Source: Candidatus Latescibacterota bacterium (GTDB lineage: Bacteria; Latescibacterota; UBA2968). Taken from it: a stretch of 64,000 bases of DNA. The notes under the pieces are model-generated. The model made no database searches. It was not told where the DNA came from and saw only the letters and a program-made list of their open reading frames with translations. The stretch covers positions 3,072,001-3,136,000 of the forward strand of contig OZ242320.1 of NCBI GenBank assembly GCA_965208125.1, given 5' to 3'. Shown here in pieces: positions 27,322 to 36,219 of this stretch. Position numbers and translations under genes: made by a program. How positions within the stretch are numbered: the stretch's first letter is position 1; each line of letters opens with the position of its first letter.

Positions 27322-28437
27322 TTACTTTCTGTTCCGATTTGGTTTTTCAAAGTTGGCTTCCAGAATAGCTTCCTCTTCATTTAGGGCAAGGCCAAGGCGT
27401 TTTTTCAGGACATTGGTCGTCAGCCTGATATTATCCTGAGACCGACGAATCTTGCCCAACTCCATCGCACGTCCTTCCCATAGTGCTTTATTACTGCGAG
27501 ACCAATTGACTCTTTTGAGCCGTTTTAATCGCGTTTTCCAGGCGTCCGGATAGTGTTTAAGCAAATCAGCACCTGCAATGCCCATGGCTTTGAGCGCGAC
27601 ACCGTGAACGTGAAGATAATTCTCTCGAAGCGTAGCAGCAACAACATCTCCATCTGCTATCTGTTGCCATTCAGAAATGTGAGTGGTCATTTCCATCCAG
27701 AACTCATAGGCAATGACTTCGTCTGCTTCAAAAACAGAATCTTTTCTATTTTTACGCAGGAGCATTTGAGTGGCTTGATAGATATTGCTCAGGGTGAAAA
27801 TTTTAGTAGATCGATTTGAAATCGTCGTTTTTTCGAGTTCTGTCTGTCCGTCGAATACGGGAACACTTTGCACCAGATTACGCACCATCCCGGCCATTGG
27901 GTCGCGTTGGTCGTAGAGTATTCCGAGTGACCGCGTGGGACGCACGGCGTGCTTGTTCAGATCAGCGAACATCTGCTGGCTACGCTTCAAGCCAGCGTCG
28001 ATAAACAACACGACAGCAATGGTTTCGTATGCCAATTCGGGACATTCTTCCAACGCCAATTGAAGTGCCGCCCGCCGATGTTGACCATCGTTCACAATAA
28101 ACCTGGCTTCCATCGGCACAATGAGTGTACCGATCTTGCGATTGCCACCCCGTTCTGCGGCGGGTACAAACTCGATATCCCCATCAACAGAGGCCGTGAT
28201 CGCCGAAAAACAATAATTATCTTTGTTTTCGATGATGTACCGCGCAATTTCTGGCACCCGTGATCGATTCAAAACACGCTGGGCACGCATCTCTGCGGGC
28301 ACTTCGCTTTTTTCATCAAAACAAAAAAACCTCGTGATGTCCCTAAGAGAACACATAACGAGGTAATATTCGCGTTTTGCTTGAATACCACGAATCGCAG
28401 GAAAAGGGATTTTACCCTCTAAATCCGTTAAGTTCAT
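27322..28437 (-). CDS. dndB: DndB, DGQHR-domain regulator
   Basis: FPAIRGIQA, RAQR.LN..R, DGQHR, QQMFADLN. Confidence 0.95.
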   Translation of the reverse strand: MNLTDLEGKIPFPAIRGIQAKREYYLVMCSLRDITRFFCFDEKSEVPAEMRAQRVLNRSRVPEIARYIIENKDNYCFSAITASVDGDIEFVPAAERGGNRKIGTLIVPMEARFIVNDGQHRRAALQLALEECPELAYETIAVVLFIDAGLKRSQQMFADLNKHAVRPTRSLGILYDQRDPMAGMVRNLVQSVPVFDGQTELEKTTISNRSTKIFTLSNIYQATQMLLRKNRKDSVFEADEVIAYEFWMEMTTHISEWQQIADGDVVAATLRENYLHVHGVALKAMGIAGADLLKHYPDAWKTRLKRLKRVNWSRSNKALWEGRAMELGKIRRSQDNIRLTTNVLKKRLGLALNEEEAILEANFEKPNRNRK

Positions 28438-28452
28438 GATTTTCAGGGCCTC

Positions 28453-28530
28453 TTGGAAGTTTGTTTATTCCATTTGGAAGTTTGTTTTGCTGTTGTGCTA
28501 AAGTTTAACTCCTATCTCTATAAAAGTCAA
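28453..28530 (-). promoter_or_regulatory. dndB promoter with two 14-bp direct repeats downstream
   Basis: TTGACT-17-TAAACT (28530 to 28502); TTGGAAGTTTGTTT at 28453-28466 and 28474-28487. Confidence 0.65.
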
Positions 28531-28568
28531 TAACAAAGATCAGGATGGTGAACCCACCTTACAATTTC

Positions 28569-30266
28569 TTATTTAGAAGTAAGATCATCTAATTTTTTTT
28601 CTATTGTACTTGATTTGAAGGTATTCATTACTCGAGACAGGTCTTTATCACTGAGTCCCCTAACTATGGGTTTCAATTCCTGGATAGCTTGGTCATAAGA
28701 TGCCTCTAGTGAATCTGGGTCTTGCTCTATTTGATTAATAAAATTTTCCAACTTAGAAGGACCACAATTTTTCCAATTTCCTAATTCATAATACCCAACT
28801 AAACGTGCCACATGAAAGTGACCATATTTCGCAATAGCACTCTCAATTCCTGTAATTGATGCATCTTTTTGTAATTGCTTATTCATCTGATAACATTGTT
28901 GATATAATAGATACGCTGCCAATAATATTTCGACTTCAGAACTAAAAATATCTTCATAAAAATCTAACCAGATTTTAGACTTTTGAGCCATTGCGATGGC
29001 AGGTTTTTTTTCGACCACAGACAAATATGCTTGTCCAACCTTTTCATTTGAAATAACCTTCTGCTTTTCTTGTCTGCTTAAGTCCTTAAATTCTCTTGGT
29101 TTTTTCTCATAGTGGTAGTTTCGGTTCTTGAAGAGTGTACTTAAGGTCGATTGGAGGGTATCATTAGAACGTAGATCACGACTTGACACGGCATTTTGAT
29201 TATTAGTTGTAAGTGTAATTTTATCCACAATTTTTCGATCTTGAGTTTCATAGATTTTCACTAACAAAGAAACATCATCTTGTAATTTGCCTTCGTTAAG
29301 CGCCTCGACAAGTGTTAGTGAGGTTTGCCCTCCATTTACAATTTGGATACCATCGAGTTGTACACAAGGGACTGATTCTTGTATTTCAAAACTATCGCAG
29401 GTAATCGTTATTCCGTTATTGTAAAACCAAAAATATCCAGATTGGGTATCGTCTTGCGATGTCTTCAGGATTTCCTTATTTACCTTTCGATTAACGCCGA
29501 GAAAAGTTCTTACGTTTTCCTCAAAAATCACATCAATATGCTTTTTAACTAATTCAGCCAAATGTATCCCTTTAACTGTGCAAATAGCTGCTCTTACTCC
29601 TTTTGATTGGAAACGTATAACAGATTTATTATTGGCATCATATTCAATGGGTAGCTTTTTGTTTCTTATCTTATCTTTCTCTTTTTTATTTTTATTTTCT
29701 TCTTCAATAAGCTCGTTGGGTCCTAAAGTATAAAATTCAAATTCTTGAAATTCTTCATTTTTAAACTTACTTCTCGTATCTGCAACTTCCTTTTCGTAAT
29801 AGGCAGAAGGTTCTTCTATACTGTTAGCTACATAATAGACTTTTATATTTAAATTTTTTTTCCCAAAGGCTCTTTCTATCAAATCTCTTATATCTCCAAT
29901 TTTTAGGACTAAATCTTCATTTGTTAGTGTTTTGTACTTTTCTTCTGGATGTTTAAATATCCAATCAAGACCATCTCTCATTTGTACTATTATAGTACTT
30001 CTAAAACTGGAACTTTTTACTTGAACAAGATGTACAGTTGCTTGTCTATCATTTGCCTCTATATGAATGATATCAAACTGCCTGTCATCACTACCATCAA
30101 CTAAGTCGGCTTCGAAATCTGTATCATTAAATTCAGTATTAAATAAAACACTATATACATATCTCAAAAAAGCTACATCTTTTGTAATCTTCATTGATTT
30201 TTCGATCTCTGAAATTTGGTCATCAATGATCTGCTTTTTTTGTTTTAATTGCGCTTGATTATTCAT
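28569..30266 (-). CDS. AIPR family protein
   Basis: DG.DD..FD...LVQVK N-terminal nuclease-like motif; FEENVR.FLG, FWFYNNGITI, QIVNGGQT, TNNQN, DLRSND; very AT-rich. Confidence 0.9.
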   Translation of the reverse strand: MNNQAQLKQKKQIIDDQISEIEKSMKITKDVAFLRYVYSVLFNTEFNDTDFEADLVDGSDDRQFDIIHIEANDRQATVHLVQVKSSSFRSTIIVQMRDGLDWIFKHPEEKYKTLTNEDLVLKIGDIRDLIERAFGKKNLNIKVYYVANSIEEPSAYYEKEVADTRSKFKNEEFQEFEFYTLGPNELIEEENKNKKEKDKIRNKKLPIEYDANNKSVIRFQSKGVRAAICTVKGIHLAELVKKHIDVIFEENVRTFLGVNRKVNKEILKTSQDDTQSGYFWFYNNGITITCDSFEIQESVPCVQLDGIQIVNGGQTSLTLVEALNEGKLQDDVSLLVKIYETQDRKIVDKITLTTNNQNAVSSRDLRSNDTLQSTLSTLFKNRNYHYEKKPREFKDLSRQEKQKVISNEKVGQAYLSVVEKKPAIAMAQKSKIWLDFYEDIFSSEVEILLAAYLLYQQCYQMNKQLQKDASITGIESAIAKYGHFHVARLVGYYELGNWKNCGPSKLENFINQIEQDPDSLEASYDQAIQELKPIVRGLSDKDLSRVMNTFKSSTIEKKLDDLTSK

Positions 30267-30291
30267 TTTATTTCTCCAATTAAGAACAGGA

Positions 30292-30759
30292 CTATACGGA
30301 TAGTTCCCCTATAGCTTGATCCAATCTCATCTTATATATCGGCAAAAACACCTCTATTGTTCTTGGCCGATCATCAAACCATTCATTCGCCAGCACATCG
30401 TATCCGCCATACGAATAACGGTTGATCTCTCGCATGCCATCATCGCTAAGCCAAGATGGTTCCTGTGGATTAATAAGACGTGCAATCTGATCATGCACTT
30501 GACTCTTCTCCGACATGCTGACACCCATCTCCTCCAATTCTTTGCTCAGAAATAGTGCAATAATGACTCCTCTCTGAGACCGATATAGGCCAGGAAAATT
30601 ATTTACTAAATCTGTTGCTTCTCCAGTAGATATATTTTTTTTACGGCCCATAGCCAATCCGGCCATGAGACAAAAGTAGTAAGTATCGAAATCAAGCTCT
30701 AACTTGGGCCTTATGTCTCTAAACCACTTCCGAGCGTCTTCGCGCAACCTAAACGGCAT
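30292..30759 (-). CDS. PbeD-like (DndE-related) small protein
   Basis: FD.YYFCLMAGL, Y..GG motifs; last gene of the helicase-small protein-ATPase module. Confidence 0.6.
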   Translation of the reverse strand: MPFRLREDARKWFRDIRPKLELDFDTYYFCLMAGLAMGRKKNISTGEATDLVNNFPGLYRSQRGVIIALFLSKELEEMGVSMSEKSQVHDQIARLINPQEPSWLSDDGMREINRYSYGGYDVLANEWFDDRPRTIEVFLPIYKMRLDQAIGELSV

Positions 30760-32728
30760 TTATAGGCTCCTCTTCAAGTTGGAATCCTTCAAAATACGTC
30801 TTGCCGTGTACACACCATCCGTCATCACTCTCTTCGGCGTGTTCACCATTTAAATTATCATCAGACTGCATATCTTTGCGAAACATCGTTATATATTGTA
30901 TATCACCATCAGCCGATGCTGCTTCAAGCGATGGTAAAAATCCTTCTCTTTCACTCGAAATCGTAAAGGCTATAAACTGATGAGAAAGTTTTGGCACTAA
31001 CTCTGCTACCTTGGCGCGTACTTTGAGATCAATTGGATTGGCCGGGCTATCTACAATAAACGGCAATTGATGCTCTGTCCTGTTAAACAGCGTTGCTAAG
31101 AAAGCATATCCAATAGATAAAGTCTCACCAACGCTGCCAGCTTCTTGGCCTCGTAGAACAAGCGATTGGGTAATTTTTTGAATGCGAATAGTATTTGATG
31201 GCATAAGTTCTTCAATGCGTTTATTAGCTTCCCGGCATAGATCAACACTAATTCCCTGCTTTGCCTTATTAAGTGCTCTCTCGATTATTTTGGTCATCAT
31301 ATCCCCCTTGGCTTTTAATTCCAATGTGTCCGTCGCCTTTGCCAATTGATGTTCTGCGTTCTTCAATCGGTCTTCCAATACCTGAATACCATAGGTATAT
31401 TGATCTCTTCGTGACGGATCAGGGTCCTCATACTTGCTCATATCATCCTTTAAGCTACGGCGTTCTTCCTCTAATTTGTTAATTTCTTGTTCGACTTTCT
31501 CCAGTTCAGGGTCATCGGCTACAGCTTTATTCTTTACGGCATCTCGCACTGTTTTCGCGTGTTCTTCTTTATCTCGAGCGTCATCAAGAACGGAGATTTT
31601 TTGTTTTAGTTCGGCTTCAGGTGAGTCTGCTTCAGGGCCCACGAAGTTTGCAACATCTCCCTTTAGCTGATTTAGTAGTGATACATCATCCGATCCCATA
31701 TACCGATCCGCCTGACCTTTTAGATGCGCACGTATGGCATCAGTAATGCATCGTCCACAAATACATTCTGCTTCGTCAGCTAATTCCTCAAAAAACTCTC
31801 GTGCTGCGCTTTCCGGTAACTTAGCTCGATCAAGGCTGTCTTTGAGAGTAATCATCCTTACAGCAAATGAAGATGACAAACTATGAGGATTTCGCATATC
31901 GATTAGGACATCGTGTGCTGCTGAAGCAACATGACGTTGTGCTTCTTTAAGGTTATCTTCTTCTTCTTGGAGTCGAGCCTTAATTTCTTTATGTTCAGTA
32001 AGTGCTTCTTCGAATTGTTCTTTCTTTATTTTTAACTCTTTCTCTACCTTTTTGTATTCGGTATTTATGTCGTCCTTCTCTTTCTTACGTTTTTCCAATA
32101 ATTTCTGTAGAGAGTTTACTCTATTACGACGTTGTGTAAGCCCTTTTTGTTGTGTGACACCTCCCTCACGAGATGTTTTTTCTTTCCAATATTCGTCAAT
32201 TCTATTAGTCATGTTTGGGAATAAACTTAGTTGGAATAAATCCTCAATAGCCAGTTGTGCCCGAGTATAATTTTGCTTGAGTAACTGATCTGCTAACTCG
32301 CCATCAAAAACAAAGAAATTGACAAATTGTGGCTGGCAGAACTTTTCTATTTTAGGGAAAGGGTGGAACCCTTCGCTATTTCCTAATGACGATGTTGTCG
32401 AATACCTAACGCTACCATCATCGAAGTCAAAATCCATTGTAATAGTGAGTCTGCGTGTATCACAAATCAGGATAACCTGAAATTGTCCACTACTGCACTG
32501 ATAATTTCTTTTTTTTAGCGACCGTACCTTATCAGCACTCCACTCTTCTGCATTCCCCGAAAGTGCTGCCCGAAGTAATTCAAGAGTAGTTGTTTTTCCC
32601 GTTCCATTAGGCATCTGAATCAATGAAATTGGATAAATGTTCTGTCCATCTTTTAGGAATGATACCTGATGGTCTGGACACCGCAGTCCTTCGGCACTCC
32701 ATCCAGCAACTTTGATGACTACAGCCAT
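30749..32728 (-). CDS. PbeC-like SMC/Rad50-type ATPase with CxC hook
   Basis: PNGTGKTT, FFVFDGE, coiled coil with CICGR, SVGE signature variant, IVDSP. Confidence 0.75.
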   Translation of the reverse strand: MAVVIKVAGWSAEGLRCPDHQVSFLKDGQNIYPISLIQMPNGTGKTTTLELLRAALSGNAEEWSADKVRSLKKRNYQCSSGQFQVILICDTRRLTITMDFDFDDGSVRYSTTSSLGNSEGFHPFPKIEKFCQPQFVNFFVFDGELADQLLKQNYTRAQLAIEDLFQLSLFPNMTNRIDEYWKEKTSREGGVTQQKGLTQRRNRVNSLQKLLEKRKKEKDDINTEYKKVEKELKIKKEQFEEALTEHKEIKARLQEEEDNLKEAQRHVASAAHDVLIDMRNPHSLSSSFAVRMITLKDSLDRAKLPESAAREFFEELADEAECICGRCITDAIRAHLKGQADRYMGSDDVSLLNQLKGDVANFVGPEADSPEAELKQKISVLDDARDKEEHAKTVRDAVKNKAVADDPELEKVEQEINKLEEERRSLKDDMSKYEDPDPSRRDQYTYGIQVLEDRLKNAEHQLAKATDTLELKAKGDMMTKIIERALNKAKQGISVDLCREANKRIEELMPSNTIRIQKITQSLVLRGQEAGSVGETLSIGYAFLATLFNRTEHQLPFIVDSPANPIDLKVRAKVAELVPKLSHQFIAFTISSEREGFLPSLEAASADGDIQYITMFRKDMQSDDNLNGEHAEESDDGWCVHGKTYFEGFQLEEEPINAV

Positions 32729-32925
32729 TACTTTTCTCCATCTATTAAGCAGTTTTCATACAGCAAATCGAGACGACGAGACACAGAATCTTTGTCGGTC
32801 AAACGTTCGTTGCCGTTTGCAACGGCTTCAAACCAAGCGATTAATTTGTTCGCTAATCCTTCATTTTGACCAAAGTCTGCAACAGCTTCTCTGATAGCTT
32901 CTTGTATTTTTGCATCAGTACTCAT
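32728..32925 (-). CDS. PbeB-like small protein (CxC ATPase DNA-modification-associated)
   Basis: 65 aa, AIREAV...GQ...LA.KL.AW; translationally coupled on both sides. Confidence 0.65.
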   Translation of the reverse strand: MSTDAKIQEAIREAVADFGQNEGLANKLIAWFEAVANGNERLTDKDSVSRRLDLLYENCLIDGEK

Positions 32926-34898
32926 AGTGAAACCTCAGATAATTTTTGGAGCCAGGTTTTTCTTTTTTGATCTGAATTGTCGGGATTTTGAGGATCAGGG
33001 GCACGTACGAAGTCAATAATATTAGCGCGTTTCTGAGGATTGGATGGATCAACTCTAAGACACCGTCCCATTCGTTGAATAGTTTCCAGCCGAGTACGGG
33101 CGGAGGAGAACAGGATAACCGTGGTTAAATTCTGGATGTCAATACCTTCAGATAACCGATGACAGGTTATGAGACACTCTAAATTTCCTCGCGCAAAGCG
33201 TGCTAATGTTGCTGCCTCATCCCCGTCATAGTAGGTATGGAAATCGTGGCGATATTGATGCACAGTTTCCAGTACCTCTTCACCATATTCTTTAGTTTCA
33301 ACAAAAATGATACATCGCGTTAGCAAATTGGGACGCTTGTCTATGAATGTTCTAAAGATAGGAAGTTTTGCCTTTGATGTTTTATAAACCCGCGCTAGAG
33401 CTATCCAAAGTTCTTCTCGTGACATAGGACTGTCTGAATGTTTGCTTGCCTCAAAGCGCCGGTGAATCGCTCGCAATTTTTGTCTATTTTCTTCACTCGG
33501 TTGATATGTTAGTGGATAATATGAGAAAGGTGCTAAAATTTCGCGCCGGATAGCATCCGCAATGTCAAATCTAAAAATCACGGGACCAATGTGGGTTTCT
33601 ATGAAGTCTGTTCCTTCCTGATCGTATTCACGTTCAGGAGTCGCGCTAAGCCCTAACCTGAAGCGAATGGAATCCGATAAACCGGATAGGTCTTCACGGT
33701 TCTTGGTACTCCCAAGTGCGTGGACTTCATCGTGAATAAGCATCGTTTGCTCTGCTATTTGCAAAGACCGGAGTGCAGGAGCTAAAGCTTGACGCGAAAT
33801 TAGTAAGATTTTTTGATGAGGCTTTAAATGGTATCGCTCGCGGTCGTGATATTTGTTGTAATGCCGCACAATACTATATGGTCTATCTAATTCTTGGCTG
33901 ACAGGAAGCAATTGTTCATACCATTGATTTAGAAGATCTGTCCCATCTGTTGCTACGATCAGCGATTCGATTTTGTGCTGTTGAACAAGCTCTTTAAAAA
34001 TTCGCAGTGCTGTTCGAGTTTTTCCCGTTCCTGTCGCCATTTCCAATACACCGCGTTCCTCCTTCAAAAAAGTATCAATTGCTTCATCCTGATGACGCCA
34101 GCGATTTGCGCTTCCCTCACGCACAAGGGGGGGCGGTTTGGGAAAATCTTCATCGGGTGCTCTTTCTTTAATATAACGTAAGGCTTTTGGAGACAATTTC
34201 AGGATTCGGAGTCCATGAGCTTGGTTTGACCATGCTTCGGCAAATTGTTCGCATTTAACTTTGACTCTCGTAGAATCCTCAGGCAACCAGTCCCGGAATA
34301 CATCAATTGATTCATGGTTTTTTGTATGTCCCATTATTGTTTCGTTTGCTGAGCCTGTGAAAGCTACAGTCCTACCCCACGGAAATTTAAATATTCCTAT
34401 TTTTTCATGGAAAATACCTGGATCTTCAACATGCGCTGGAAAAGCAAAACGAAGCTCAAGCTTCTTGGATGCTATTAACCAGGTAAGAAGTCTGAGCCTC
34501 AATTTTATATCTTCGGGAGATTGTGCAAAAGAAAGCGCGTCGAGAACGATTTTGTCAGCAGCCTTTTGTAGAAGGGCGTCCCGTTCATCAGGGATGACTG
34601 CTGAGCGAATGGCCTCTTTATCTTGTTCTGAAAGAAGCGGCGAAATAAGCAATTGGATTTTTATGGTGTCCAATTTCGCTATACGGGGAAGCACTTTAGC
34701 CCATGTTACGAGAACGGAACTGGAAAAATATCCTACCGCTCTCTTATAGGAGGAGCAATGCTCTAAACATGGAATAAAAAAATCACGAGCGAGATCAGAA
34801 GTTCCTGAGCGGTAATGTGAATTGAACCCTTCAATAGCTGCTTTACCGGTCTCTACCGTATAAGAATATTTAGCATGTTTCTGTATAGACCCTATCAA
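32922..34898 (-). CDS. PbeA-like PLD nuclease/SF2 helicase (PT-associated restriction protein)
   Basis: YKRAVGYFSS, FHEKIGIF...FTGSANET (PLD-like), MATGTGKT, DEVH, SAT, QRMGR; start uncertain. Confidence 0.8.
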   Translation of the reverse strand: MIGSIQKHAKYSYTVETGKAAIEGFNSHYRSGTSDLARDFFIPCLEHCSSYKRAVGYFSSSVLVTWAKVLPRIAKLDTIKIQLLISPLLSEQDKEAIRSAVIPDERDALLQKAADKIVLDALSFAQSPEDIKLRLRLLTWLIASKKLELRFAFPAHVEDPGIFHEKIGIFKFPWGRTVAFTGSANETIMGHTKNHESIDVFRDWLPEDSTRVKVKCEQFAEAWSNQAHGLRILKLSPKALRYIKERAPDEDFPKPPPLVREGSANRWRHQDEAIDTFLKEERGVLEMATGTGKTRTALRIFKELVQQHKIESLIVATDGTDLLNQWYEQLLPVSQELDRPYSIVRHYNKYHDRERYHLKPHQKILLISRQALAPALRSLQIAEQTMLIHDEVHALGSTKNREDLSGLSDSIRFRLGLSATPEREYDQEGTDFIETHIGPVIFRFDIADAIRREILAPFSYYPLTYQPSEENRQKLRAIHRRFEASKHSDSPMSREELWIALARVYKTSKAKLPIFRTFIDKRPNLLTRCIIFVETKEYGEEVLETVHQYRHDFHTYYDGDEAATLARFARGNLECLITCHRLSEGIDIQNLTTVILFSSARTRLETIQRMGRCLRVDPSNPQKRANIIDFVRAPDPQNPDNSDQKRKTWLQKLSEVSL

Positions 34899-34986
34899 TT
34901 GATACCACTCTTCCAGCCAGCATTCTTTAAATTATTTATCCGTTAAGTGAACAAGGCAAAATAATAATATAGAGTCAGGCAAATGT

Positions 34987-35190
34987 CTATTGATTTTTTA
35001 AGAATCGCGATTCCATTGCTGCTTTGCTTATCTCAGCGACATTTCTATCGGGCCAGAGGTTTTGCTGCCATTTCGTATAGTCAAATGGCTCGCGCAAGAT
35101 CAAGCTGATGAATTTTTCAGCTTCAACAATACCCAGAGCATCTACCAGAGCGCGTAGTCCATGTACTCGTATTTCAGTATCGGTTCTCAT
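34987..35190 (-). CDS. Small protein resembling PIN-toxin-associated antitoxins
   Basis: EIR..G..AL...LG.VEAE.FI..I....FDYT.W pattern; 67 aa. Confidence 0.6.
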   Translation of the reverse strand: MRTDTEIRVHGLRALVDALGIVEAEKFISLILREPFDYTKWQQNLWPDRNVAEISKAAMESRFLKNQ

Positions 35191-35249
35191 GTCTGATTTC
35201 TCGTTGCCAGACCGCCACGTGTACGCCGTATGTGACGGCTCAAAACCTT

Positions 35250-35281
35250 CTGGATTGCGGCTAAAACCATGCCGCAATGAC
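35250..35281 (+). repeat. Palindromic repeat CTGGATTGCGGC...GCCGCAATGAC
   Basis: Matches the general CTGGATT-stem-loop-stem-AATGAC class of intergenic palindromes. Confidence 0.5.
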
Positions 35282-35346
35282 GGGTGCAGCCCTATAAGTG
35301 GATAACCTGCACCAAAGGTTATTAGACAAGATTAACTGTGTTTAAA

Positions 35347-36207
35347 TCAATCATCACCCAATAACTTCTGTGCATTTTGATATGTTATTTTGTCGAATGC
35401 CTCTTTTGGTAAGTTCAAGCGCTGTAGATAATCCATCAGGCGCGTGTCGAAATAATCCCTTCCAAATAACAGGCTATCTTGAAAGTCGATCAGGAATTGT
35501 CTGCCAAATGCTTCATCTCTGCTGATTGCCGTGAGTCCCGATCCCGCGGAGAGGTCGGCGTATAGATTGTCGTATTTTTTGAGCATCTCGGGTACTTTGC
35601 CGCCCGGTTCAACGGGACCTGTGGGATAGGCTTCTTTGTCAAATTTGCCGTCGCCGGAAATGTGTGCCCAGAATCCAGGTGCATGGCCGATGAAGTTGGT
35701 TTCGGGACATGCGATAATCGCCCGTTCAAATGCTTCGATGCTGCCGCCATACCACCAGTTTGGTCGCGGGTAATCCCCGCGTCCGTGATCAATGGGGTAG
35801 TCGAGATGGATCGTGATTGGCAGGCCCATTTCACCACAGACGTGGTACAGTCTGAGGGCATCCGGGTCGTCAAATACGACTCTGACCTTTAATTCGCTGG
35901 CAACCCGTATTCCGTGAATTTCTACGGCTGCTTTCAAGCGGTCAATCGCGTCGGGTCGCTTTGGGTGTGGCATATATCCCAGTACAAATCGATCAGGGGC
36001 TGTGCGCCCCACCTGTATCACGTCTTCGAGGGGGATACACACGCCTGTTGGGGGCAATACGTTGTGATAACTGGGGCTGTATTCGTCTTCTGGCGCTTCC
36101 CAGGAAAAGAGCCATAGCTGGTCGATGTTTTGCTCATCCATGTTTTTTAAAATTTTTTCGGCGTTGAATCCGTGCCAGTTTGGGTGGTTGTGCGCGTCGA
36201 TTAACAT
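35347..36207 (-). CDS. Amidohydrolase family (amidohydro_2) protein
   Basis: IDAHNH, H in PITIH, IGH, LYADLS, LLFGRD, NAQKLL. Confidence 0.9.
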   Translation of the reverse strand: MLIDAHNHPNWHGFNAEKILKNMDEQNIDQLWLFSWEAPEDEYSPSYHNVLPPTGVCIPLEDVIQVGRTAPDRFVLGYMPHPKRPDAIDRLKAAVEIHGIRVASELKVRVVFDDPDALRLYHVCGEMGLPITIHLDYPIDHGRGDYPRPNWWYGGSIEAFERAIIACPETNFIGHAPGFWAHISGDGKFDKEAYPTGPVEPGGKVPEMLKKYDNLYADLSAGSGLTAISRDEAFGRQFLIDFQDSLLFGRDYFDTRLMDYLQRLNLPKEAFDKITYQNAQKLLGDD

Positions 36208-36219
36208 GTGAAGCTCCTT

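Larger units (their letters stand above)
18357..35365. mobile_element. Defence genomic island bounded by direct repeats of the amidohydrolase 3' end
   Basis: TCAATCATCACTCAATAGC (18357-18375) vs TCAATCATCACCCAATAAC (35347-35365); composition shifts at both points; defence cargo; no integrase seen. Confidence 0.7.

Noticed and set aside
30292-34898. DndFGH or SspE as the restriction partner
   Set aside because: Sizes, order and motifs (PLD-helicase, 65-aa protein, CxC SMC ATPase, 155-aa protein) fit a Pbe-type module instead
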